Origin: Cyanobacteriota bacterium | Lineage (GTDB): Bacteria; Cyanobacteriota; Cyanobacteriia; Cyanobacteriales; Nostocaceae | NCBI GenBank assembly: GCA_046045965.1 | Contig: JBJOKS010000067.1 | Location: forward strand, 1 to 10,314 | DNA length: 10,314 bases | Reading direction: 5' to 3' | Part shown: in pieces, positions 1 to 7,299 of the stretch | Position numbering within the stretch: the first letter of the stretch is position 1 | How the letters are laid out: each line of letters opens with the position of its first letter | Translations under genes and position numbers: made by a program | The notes under the pieces: generated by a model | Database searches by the model: none | What the model saw: the letters and a program-made list of their open reading frames with translations, nothing else | What the model was told of the DNA's origin: nothing

Positions 1-2
1 AA

Positions 3-2549
3 CACAAATCTTTTGAGCTACCAGGAGCTAAACCACACTATAATCCTGACAGACCGGGACAAGTAGAGCATATTTTTCTGAACCTCAGTTTGGATATTCC
101 CAACCAAAGTTACTACGGAAATTGTAGTATTCGCATCTTGCCAATCCGTAATAATATTGATAAGTTGACCTTGGATGCTGTAAACCTAAATATCCAATCT
201 GTACAGGTCGATGAGGTTGAACAAAATTTTGACTATGATGGAGAAAAGCTTTGTATTCAACTTTCTCAACCTACGCAGATTGGTAAAAGATTGTTAATTG
301 CGATCGCCTACTCTGTAGAAAAACCCCAACGTGGTCTTTATTTCATCCAACCAGATAAGCACTACCCCCACAAACCTACCCAAGTCTGGACTCAAGGAGA
401 AGACGAAGATTCTCGTTATTGGTTTCCCTGTTTTGACTACCCAGGACAATTATCAACCTCAGAAATTCGGGTGCGAGTTCCTAAACCATTAATTGCTATT
501 TCCAATGGTGAATTAATTGATACCGTAGATGATGGTGAATATAAAATCTATCATTGGTCACAACAGCAAGTTCATCCTACCTATTTAATGACTTTAGCTG
601 TAGGCGATTTTGCGGAAATTAAAGATGAATGGCAAGGTAAACCTGTTACATATTACGTAGAAAAAGCTAGGGAAGCAGACGCTAACCGCAGCATGGGTAA
701 AACTCCCCGCATGATCGCATTTTTGAGTGAAAAGTATGGTTATTTATACCCTTTTCCCAAATATGCTCAGGTTTGCGTGGATGACTTCATTTTTGGAGGA
801 ATGGAAAACACCTCCACCACATTGTTAACAGACCGATGTTTAATAGATGAAAGAGCATCATTAGACAATCGTGGTACAGAAAGTTTAGTAGTGCATGAAT
901 TAGCACATCAATGGTTTGGGGATTTACTGGTAATTAAACATTGGTCTCATGCTTGGATCAAGGAAGGAATGGCTTCCTATTCTGAGGTAATGTGGACAGA
1001 ACATGAATATGGATCTGATGATGCTGCTTATTATCGTTTATCAGAAGCACGCAGTTATTTAAGTGAAGATAGCAGTCGCTACCGTCGGCCAATGGTAACT
1101 CATGTTTACCGAGAAGCTATTGAACTTTACGATCGCCATATTTATGAAAAAGGTTCTTGTGTTTATCACATGATCCGTGCAGAATTGGGAGAGGAATTAT
1201 TCTGGAAAGCTATTCAAACTTTTGTTAATGATTATGCTCATCAAACTGTAGAAACCATAGATTTATTAAGATCAATTGAAAAAGCCACCGGTAGAAATCT
1301 AGCTTTCTTATTTGATCAATATGTCTATCGTGGTGGACATCCTGATTTTAAAGTTGCTTATGCTTGGGATGGAGATAGTAAGTTAGCAAAAGTGACTGTA
1401 ACTCAAACCCAAGCAAGTGATGAAAAGGATTTATTTGATTTAAAAATTCCCATTGGTTTTGGTTACAAACAGCAAAATACTGATTTAAAGATTTTTACTG
1501 TCCGCATTAATGAAAGGGAACAAAGTTTTTATTTCCCATTAACAGAAAAACCAGATTTTGTTAGTTTTGATGTGGGTAATAATTATCTAAAAACTGTGGT
1601 TTTGGAATATCCCATACCCGAATTAAAAGCGCAGTTAGAATTTGATCCCCATCCTGTTTCTCGCATCTATGCAGCAGAAGCATTAGCGAAAAAAGGTGGT
1701 TTAGAAGTTGTGAAAGCTTTATCCGCAGCTTTGAAAAATGATCCATTTTGGGGTGTGCGGGTAGAAGTTGCTAAACAATTAGCAGAAATTAAATTAGATC
1801 AAGCTTTTGATGGTTTAGTTTCTGGTTTGCATGATGATAGTCCTTTTGTCCGTCGTTCTGTGGTCGAGTCTTTATCTCAAATCAAAATTCATCCTAGTTA
1901 TAAAGCTGTGAAGGGACTGGTACAGGATGGAGACAAAAGCTATTATGTAGAAGCTGCTGCTTGTCGGAGTTTGGGAAGAATTGCTGCTGCTAATTTAGAT
2001 GATAAACCCCACGAAGAAAAAGTGATCAAACTACTCAAATCTGTGTTAGAAGAAAGAGCAGGTTGGAATGAAGTAGTGAGAACTGGTGCTGTTTCTGGGT
2101 TAGCAGAATTTAAAACTTCGGAAAATGCTTTAAATGTCTTGTTGGAATACACTAAGTTAGGTGTTTCTCAAGCATTACGTTTATCTGCTATTCGTGCTTT
2201 GGGTAAAATTTCTGTAGGTCAAACTCCTGCTAATATAGAAAGAATTTTAGACCGATTAGCAGAAATAGCGAAAGAGACTTTCTTTTTAACTCAAGTAGCG
2301 GTGGTGACAGCTTTAGGACAAATGGAAACACCGAAAGCGATAGGAATTTTACAAAGTTTAGCTGATCAAACTCCTGATGGTAGAGCGAGACGTTATGCTG
2401 AGGAAGAAATTCAGAGAGTGCAAAGGAATATTGGATCTGATAAAAGTTTGAAACAAATGCGGGAAGAATTGGATCAATTGAAAAAACAAAATCAGGAATT
2501 AAAGAGTCGGTTAGAAAATTTGGAGGCTAAGTCAAAGCAGGGAAATTAG
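3..2549 (+). CDS. pepN: M1 family zinc aminopeptidase (aminopeptidase N) with C-terminal HEAT/PBS-lyase-like repeats and terminal coiled coil; 5' end lies upstream of the window
   Basis: The frame of the 90..2549 ORF is open back to position 3 (HKSFELPGAKPHYNPDRPGQVEHIFLNLSLDIP...), so TTG at 90 is probably not the true start. It has the M1 motifs GGMEN (GAMEN variant), HELAHQW-x-E (HEXXH-x18-E zinc site) and HIYEKG (catalytic Tyr region). Repeats such as PFWGVRVEVAKQLA and SPFVRRSVVESL are HEAT-like, and the tail LKQMREELDQLKKQNQELKSRLENLE is a heptad coiled coil. Confidence 0.93.
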   Translation, partial: HKSFELPGAKPHYNPDRPGQVEHIFLNLSLDIPNQSYYGNCSIRILPIRNNIDKLTLDAVNLNIQSVQVDEVEQNFDYDGEKLCIQLSQPTQIGKRLLIAIAYSVEKPQRGLYFIQPDKHYPHKPTQVWTQGEDEDSRYWFPCFDYPGQLSTSEIRVRVPKPLIAISNGELIDTVDDGEYKIYHWSQQQVHPTYLMTLAVGDFAEIKDEWQGKPVTYYVEKAREADANRSMGKTPRMIAFLSEKYGYLYPFPKYAQVCVDDFIFGGMENTSTTLLTDRCLIDERASLDNRGTESLVVHELAHQWFGDLLVIKHWSHAWIKEGMASYSEVMWTEHEYGSDDAAYYRLSEARSYLSEDSSRYRRPMVTHVYREAIELYDRHIYEKGSCVYHMIRAELGEELFWKAIQTFVNDYAHQTVETIDLLRSIEKATGRNLAFLFDQYVYRGGHPDFKVAYAWDGDSKLAKVTVTQTQASDEKDLFDLKIPIGFGYKQQNTDLKIFTVRINEREQSFYFPLTEKPDFVSFDVGNNYLKTVVLEYPIPELKAQLEFDPHPVSRIYAAEALAKKGGLEVVKALSAALKNDPFWGVRVEVAKQLAEIKLDQAFDGLVSGLHDDSPFVRRSVVESLSQIKIHPSYKAVKGLVQDGDKSYYVEAAACRSLGRIAAANLDDKPHEEKVIKLLKSVLEERAGWNEVVRTGAVSGLAEFKTSENALNVLLEYTKLGVSQALRLSAIRALGKISVGQTPANIERILDRLAEIAKETFFLTQVAVVTALGQMETPKAIGILQSLADQTPDGRARRYAEEEIQRVQRNIGSDKSLKQMREELDQLKKQNQELKSRLENLEAKSKQGN
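300..307. repeat. HIP1 octamer GCGATCGC
   Basis: Exact palindrome GCGATCGC at 300-307, within pepN. HIP1 is the highly iterated palindrome of many cyanobacteria. Confidence 0.85.
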
Positions 2550-2575
2550 GAGGATAATATAGATTAGGAACACCC

Positions 2576-2640
2576 AGATCCCCGACTTCTACGATCAATT
2601 TGTAATTTATTGGTAAGATAATAAAAGAAGTCGGGGATCT
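2576..2640. repeat. Short palindromic dispersed repeat (15-bp perfect inverted repeat, 35-nt AT-rich spacer); may double as pepN terminator or 3' stabiliser
   Basis: AGATCCCCGACTTCT (2576-2590) and AGAAGTCGGGGATCT (2626-2640) are exact reverse complements, starting 26 nt after the pepN stop. I recall this arm sequence as a common intergenic repeat in Nostocales but have not verified that here. Confidence 0.8.
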
Positions 2641-2826
2641 TATCACTTCATTCTTGAATCCTGACTTCTTGCATTTCCCAAAATCCTCAAAAGCATCCAT
2701 ATCAAATTCCAAGTTTAAAAGTTTTGGATCATCTGGGTTTGTAAGACAAGGTGCAAGCTATGAGTATAATGTCTGTTTAACTCCACTGTACATCAGGGAA
2801 GCTATTTATTTTGTGAATCAAAATCT

Positions 2827-4116
2827 ATGAAAAATAACACTAAATCCCTTTCTCCCTGGTTTTATATTCCCACACTTTATTTTGGAGAAGGGATACCCTA
2901 CATGATTATTAATGCAGTATCCGTCATTTTCTACAAAAAACTGGGAATAGATAATACACAAATTGCTTTTTGGACAAGTTTAATTAGTTTTCCTTGGATT
3001 TTAAAAATGTTCTGGTCCCCATTTGTAGATATTTACTCAACCAAAAGAAAATGGTTGCTGACAATGCAAATGGTCATGTTTTTCTGTTTGAGTTTTTTAG
3101 CGTTATCTTTCCAACTTCCTAATTTTTTCTTTATATCCCTAATAATTTTGACAGTTGGTGCATTCATTTCAGCTACCTATGATATTGCTACCGATGGCTT
3201 TTATATGTTAGCGTTACGCCCAGAACAACAAGCTTTATTTGTCGGTGTTCGCTCACTGTTTTATAGATTTGCAATTTTGTTCAGTACAGGATTTTTAGTA
3301 TTTTTAGCAGGTTATTTAGAAGAAGAAACTCAGAATATTCCTTTAAGCTGGACTCTGGTAATAGGTTTAGCTGCTGTTATTTTTGCAATTTTATTTGCTT
3401 TTCATTTCTTCATTTTACCTAGCCCAGAATCAAATAATAATGATAATAACTTAGAATTAAATGCAGCCCAAAATTCAAATATAAATATAAATAATATACC
3501 TTTTATCAAGATTATTGTTTCCTATTTTCAACAACCGAAAATAGTAGTCACCTTAGCATTTATCTTGCTTTACAGATTTGGTGAGGCAATGTTAATCAAA
3601 ATTGCTTCTTTATTTTTATTAGATAAACCAGAATTGGGCGGCTTAGGTTTATCTACTAAAGATTTTGGTTTAGTTTACGGTACGTTTGGGGTAATTTCTC
3701 TCATTTGTGGCGGAATTTTAGGAGGTTTAATAATTGCTAAATTTGGTTTAAAAAAATGTATTTTTCCGATGGCTTTAGCTTTAAACTTGCCTAATATTTT
3801 TTACGTGTATATGGCTTATAATCAACCATCCTTACAATTTGTATATCCCTTAGTTTCTTTAGAACAATTTGGTTATGGTGTTGGGTTTACAGCCTTCACA
3901 GTATATTTAATGTATGTTTGTAAAGGTGAATATAAAACTTCTCATTTTGCCATATCTACGGGATTAATGGCTTTAGGTTTAATGATACCAGGTGCAATTA
4001 GTGGTGCAATTCAAAAATCATTAGGATATCCCTTATTTTTTGTTTTGGTTTGTTTAGCAACCATTCCCGGTATGTTAACTATATTTTTCTTACCTTTAGA
4101 AGAGGAAAATAAATAA
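2827..4116 (+). CDS. ampG: AmpG-like MFS permease (muropeptide/amino-sugar transporter family)
   Basis: 429 aa with about 12 hydrophobic segments. AmpG-family signatures: PWFYIPTLYFGEGIPY, PWILKMFWSPFVD, SATYDIATDGFY, FILLYRFGEAM, GEYKTSHFAISTGLMALG. Confidence 0.82.
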   Translation: MKNNTKSLSPWFYIPTLYFGEGIPYMIINAVSVIFYKKLGIDNTQIAFWTSLISFPWILKMFWSPFVDIYSTKRKWLLTMQMVMFFCLSFLALSFQLPNFFFISLIILTVGAFISATYDIATDGFYMLALRPEQQALFVGVRSLFYRFAILFSTGFLVFLAGYLEEETQNIPLSWTLVIGLAAVIFAILFAFHFFILPSPESNNNDNNLELNAAQNSNININNIPFIKIIVSYFQQPKIVVTLAFILLYRFGEAMLIKIASLFLLDKPELGGLGLSTKDFGLVYGTFGVISLICGGILGGLIIAKFGLKKCIFPMALALNLPNIFYVYMAYNQPSLQFVYPLVSLEQFGYGVGFTAFTVYLMYVCKGEYKTSHFAISTGLMALGLMIPGAISGAIQKSLGYPLFFVLVCLATIPGMLTIFFLPLEEENK

Positions 4117-4120
4117 GTTA

Positions 4121-4279
4121 GTAAGCATTCAGCCGTCAGCTATTAGCTATTAGCTATCAGCTATTAGCTATCAGCTATCAGCTATCAGCTATCAGCTATC
4201 AGTTAGAAATAGGAAAAATTGAATACTGAATACTGAATACTGAATACTGAATACTGAATACTGATAGCTGAATGCTTAT
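4121..4279. mobile_element. MITE-like inverted-repeat element, copy 1, with expanded heptamer (STRR-type) arms
   Basis: Terminal IR TAAGCATTCAGC (4122-4133) / GCTGAATGCTTA (4267-4278), 12/12 match. The left arm has 9 TAT(T/C)AG(C/T) units (4141-4203). The right arm has 6 TGAATAC units (4220-4261) plus TGATAGC. Its ends match those of the element at 5279-5431. Confidence 0.75.
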
Positions 4280-4290
4280 ATTATATAAAT

Positions 4291-4295
4291 GAGGA
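4291..4295 (+). promoter_or_regulatory. Shine-Dalgarno-like GAGGA for the kinase gene
   Basis: GAGGA lies 7 nt upstream of ATG 4303. Confidence 0.5.
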
Positions 4296-4302
4296 ATTTT
4301 CT

Positions 4303-5274
4303 ATGAATTATATTTTAGGTATTGATGGCGGTGGTAGTAAAACTATTTGTATCATCATAGATGAAAAAGGTAAAATTTGTGGTAGAGGTGAAGCTGGTGC
4401 TGCTAATTATCAAAGTATAGGAATAGCAGCAGCTAGAAAACAAATTGAATCTGCCATTATTCAAGCAATAATTACAGTTTTAAATGACAATCATAATATT
4501 GAGATCATTGCCATTTGTTTAGGGTTAGCAGGTGTCAGTCGTCGAGAAGATATAGAAGTAATAAAATCTCTAGTCAATGAATTACAAAATAGTCAAAATA
4601 TACCTGGAATTACTTGGAAATTACAACCATCAAATATTATTATTTGCCATGATGCTTTAATTGCTTTAATGGGAGGGGTAGGTGATGCTGTGGGTATTGT
4701 AGTAGCTGCGGGAACTGGTTCTATTGTTTTTGGCAGAAATAATCAAGGTATCACTAAAAGGGTTGGGGGTTGGGGTTATATTTTAGGTGATGAAGGTAGC
4801 GCCTATAAAATTGCTGTAGCTGGAATGCAAGCAGCATTAAAATCTTATGATGGCAGGAGTGAAAAAACTATTTTATTAGATAATTTTCAGCAGCATCTTC
4901 AACTAGAAAATATAGAAAAGTTAATAGAAGTAATCTATCGTCGGGGATGGGGTGTAAAAGAAATAGCTGCTTTAGCACCAATTATTGATCAAGCAGCTAC
5001 AGCAGGTGATATAATTGCTAATAGGATTATTGATGAAGCTATTACCGAATTAGTTTTAGCTACTTCTACAGTTCTTGATCATCTTTTTGATAATTCTCAA
5101 CTTGTGGAAGTTGTGACTACCGGAAGTATTTGGTTAGGTAAATGTGGTTTCCGGGAAAGATTTGTTAATTCTTTAGTTGATCAATATCCTTTAGTAAATG
5201 TGATTTATCCTCGTTATGAACCTGTTTATGGTGCGGGTTTATTGGCTTTAAAATCTTTATTCACAAAATACTAA
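4303..5274 (+). CDS. BadF/BadG/BcrA/BcrD-type ASKHA sugar kinase (N-acetylglucosamine / N-acetylmuramic acid kinase, NAGK/MurK-like)
   Basis: 323 aa with phosphate-1 motif ILGIDGGGSKT, GLAG, HDALIAL, phosphate-2 motif GIVVAAGTGSIVFG, and RVGGWGYILGDEGSAYKIA, which is characteristic of NAGK/MurK kinases. Confidence 0.88.
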   Translation: MNYILGIDGGGSKTICIIIDEKGKICGRGEAGAANYQSIGIAAARKQIESAIIQAIITVLNDNHNIEIIAICLGLAGVSRREDIEVIKSLVNELQNSQNIPGITWKLQPSNIIICHDALIALMGGVGDAVGIVVAAGTGSIVFGRNNQGITKRVGGWGYILGDEGSAYKIAVAGMQAALKSYDGRSEKTILLDNFQQHLQLENIEKLIEVIYRRGWGVKEIAALAPIIDQAATAGDIIANRIIDEAITELVLATSTVLDHLFDNSQLVEVVTTGSIWLGKCGFRERFVNSLVDQYPLVNVIYPRYEPVYGAGLLALKSLFTKY

Positions 5275-5278
5275 ATTC

Positions 5279-5431
5279 GTAAGTATTCAGCCGTCAGCTA
5301 TCAGCTTTCAAGGCTAAAATACAAACAATGATCACAAATGCAAAGAGTGTATACTTCCTCAATTAATGCTGCTAAATCTTTGTTTTTGCCTTTATAAGCT
5401 GATTACTGATTACTGATAGCTGAATGCTTAC
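5279..5431. mobile_element. MITE-like inverted-repeat element, copy 2, with perfect 8-bp flanking direct repeat CTAAATTC (putative target-site duplication)
   Basis: Terminal IR GTAAGTATTCAGC (5279-5291) / GCTGAATGCTTAC (5419-5431), 12/13 match, with short heptamer arms (CGTCAGC TATCAGC ... TGATTAC TGATTAC TGATAGC). CTAAATTC lies immediately left (5271-5278) and immediately right (5432-5439). The element sits between convergent genes. Confidence 0.8.
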
Positions 5432-5453
5432 CTAAATTCCCATATCTGAGATT

Positions 5454-7013
5454 TTACTTCAATTGAATCACTGTACTTTCCCCTTGCATACCATAACGAC
5501 TAACGGCGGAAATTGCTATGTGATCAATTTCATTATTGGTGAGTAAATAGGTTGTTTGTTGTGAGGGTAAAATATTTGTTTTCCATTCATTTCCTGTTTT
5601 TATTTGTAATACCCATAACTGTGTTTTCTGCTTACCTGTAGCTTGCCAATTCAATTGGATATTACCTGTTTTTTCATCTTTAGTAATTGTAATTTTGGGT
5701 TTTCCTGGAGGTTGATTATTTAACCAGGGAAAAGCAGGAATTAAAGCAGGTTGACTATATACTTCTTGGGGTAATAAATCAGAAATACCCCCATTATTTT
5801 GCATCAAAGATTTCATACTAAAGTGAATATGACCACTGGTATTAGCAAAACCTCTGGTTGTACGAATTTGATATAATATTTCCTGTGCTGACCAATTTTG
5901 TAAAGACTTATTAGCTACACGACTGGTATAAAGTCCAGGAATAATATGTCGTTTTTGACTATTTTCTGTTAACCACCAATTGAGAATTACCGGATAACTT
6001 TGTGCTGTTTGTTCAATGCGCCAATATAATTGAGGAGATAAATAATCTAACCAACCTTGTTGTAACCATTGACGAGAATCTGCATAAAGTTGATCATAAG
6101 CACTAAAAGTATTTCCATTATTACTATTAGATATTTGTTGGGGATTACCAGGTTTCCAAACTCCAAAGGGACTAATACCAAATTTTACCCAAGGTTTTTG
6201 AATTTTAATAGTATGATATATGCGCTGAATTAATTTGTTAACATTTTCCCTGCGCCAATCACTGCGGTTCAGTTTACCACCAGAATTAACATATTTTTCC
6301 CAACTTTCTTGATCAGGAAAGTCAATAATTTCGCCCTGTTCATTTCTTTGGGGGTAAGGATAGAAGTAATCATCAATATGAATAGCATCTATATCATAAC
6401 GATGAACTATATCTCGAATGACTTTGATGGTATAATCTTGAACTGCTTTTTCTCCTGGATCTAACCACAAATATTTGCCATATTGTTTAACTAATTCTGG
6501 TTGAGTTTTACTGATGTGGTTGGGAGAAATTGGTGATTTGGCGTTAGCGTGATAAGCTCGATAAGGATTAACCCAAGCGTGTAATTCTAAACCTCTTTTG
6601 TGTGCTTCTGTTACGGCAAATTCTAAAGGATCATAATAGGGAAATGGTGGTTTTCCCATTTCTCCACTGAGAGACTCAGACCAAGGTTCATAAGGTGAAT
6701 TATATAAGGTATCCGCAGCAGGACGAACTTGAAAAATTACGACGTTTAGGTTTAATGCTGCTGCACGATCTAAAATAGCAATGATTTCTGCTTTTTGTTC
6801 ATTTGTTGTCAATCCTGGTTTTGATGGCCAATCTATATTTAATACGGTGGCGATCCATGCACCCCGAAATTCTCTTTGTGGTGCTGGAGGAGTAATATTA
6901 GAAATAATATTAGAAGTAATGTTTTGGCGATTGGTTTGGTTTTCCTGTGCTTGAATAGGACTTGTGGTAGTCACCGCTAACAGTCCACTGAGAAAAATTG
7001 CTTTGATATTCAT
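5454..7013 (-). CDS. Secreted glycoside hydrolase-like family 10 protein (GHL10/DUF187, YddW/DigH-like) with C-terminal Fn3-like beta domain
   Basis: 519 aa with a Sec-type signal peptide (MNIKAIFLSGLLAVTTTSPIQA). GHL10 motifs: REFRGAWIATVLNIDWPS, LNVVIFQVRP, YDPLEFAVTEAHKRGLELHAWVNPYR, YDIDAIHIDDYFYPYP, FGISPFGVW, LDYLSPQLYW. The C-terminus (IQLNWQ...ISAVSRYGMQGE) resembles an Fn3 fold. Confidence 0.88.
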   Translation of the reverse strand: MNIKAIFLSGLLAVTTTSPIQAQENQTNRQNITSNIISNITPPAPQREFRGAWIATVLNIDWPSKPGLTTNEQKAEIIAILDRAAALNLNVVIFQVRPAADTLYNSPYEPWSESLSGEMGKPPFPYYDPLEFAVTEAHKRGLELHAWVNPYRAYHANAKSPISPNHISKTQPELVKQYGKYLWLDPGEKAVQDYTIKVIRDIVHRYDIDAIHIDDYFYPYPQRNEQGEIIDFPDQESWEKYVNSGGKLNRSDWRRENVNKLIQRIYHTIKIQKPWVKFGISPFGVWKPGNPQQISNSNNGNTFSAYDQLYADSRQWLQQGWLDYLSPQLYWRIEQTAQSYPVILNWWLTENSQKRHIIPGLYTSRVANKSLQNWSAQEILYQIRTTRGFANTSGHIHFSMKSLMQNNGGISDLLPQEVYSQPALIPAFPWLNNQPPGKPKITITKDEKTGNIQLNWQATGKQKTQLWVLQIKTGNEWKTNILPSQQTTYLLTNNEIDHIAISAVSRYGMQGESTVIQLK

Positions 7014-7170
7014 AATTAGTAATTTTTTGACAAGAAGTTTTGAATAATAAATCTGAATATTATTTCTATTCTATATGAATCAAAGGAACTGGGACAAGGC
7101 GAAATAAAAATTGGTGAAAAAGCTAGAATTACGTAAGCTACTCTTGACATACTCCTAGCTTTCTAAACCA

Positions 7171-7178
7171 GCGATCGC
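7171..7178. repeat. HIP1 octamer GCGATCGC
   Basis: Exact match at 7171-7178, intergenic. Confidence 0.85.
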
Positions 7179-7299
7179 TATACATACTACCTAAATTGAG
7201 TTAGTTTAAAGGTTTACTTCAATATCAATAGTGCTGATTATATTTCATGCTAACATAAGATGATACACAGATAGTCAGCATATATGACCAGCATCCTGA

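Noticed and set aside
1561..2152. Minus-strand ORFs 1561..1746 and 1943..2152
   Set aside because: Short antisense shadows wholly inside pepN, with no recognisable motifs.
2527..2712. 61-aa minus-strand ORF as a functional gene
   Set aside because: It runs through the palindromic repeat, overlaps the pepN 3' end, and has a TTG start without an RBS.
2741..2770. NtcA-activated promoter for ampG (GTA-N8-TGC plus TATAAT at 2765-2770)
   Set aside because: The site is imperfect and only 10 nt from the -10 box, instead of the usual ~22 nt.
4141..4261. CRISPR array
   Set aside because: These are contiguous 7-bp tandem units with no unique spacers, and no cas genes are nearby.
4113..4287. Target-site duplication for element copy 1
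   Set aside because: The flanks ATAAGTTA and ATTATATA match at only 5/8 positions in very AT-rich DNA, which is not convincing.
4121..5431. Composite transposon carrying the kinase gene between two element copies
   Set aside because: Copy 2 has its own 8-bp duplication on both sides, and the outer flanks (ATAAGTTA versus CTAAATTC) differ, which points to independent insertions.
7144..7149. TTGACA -35 box
   Set aside because: There is no plausible -10 hexamer at 16-18 nt spacing and no intact downstream gene.
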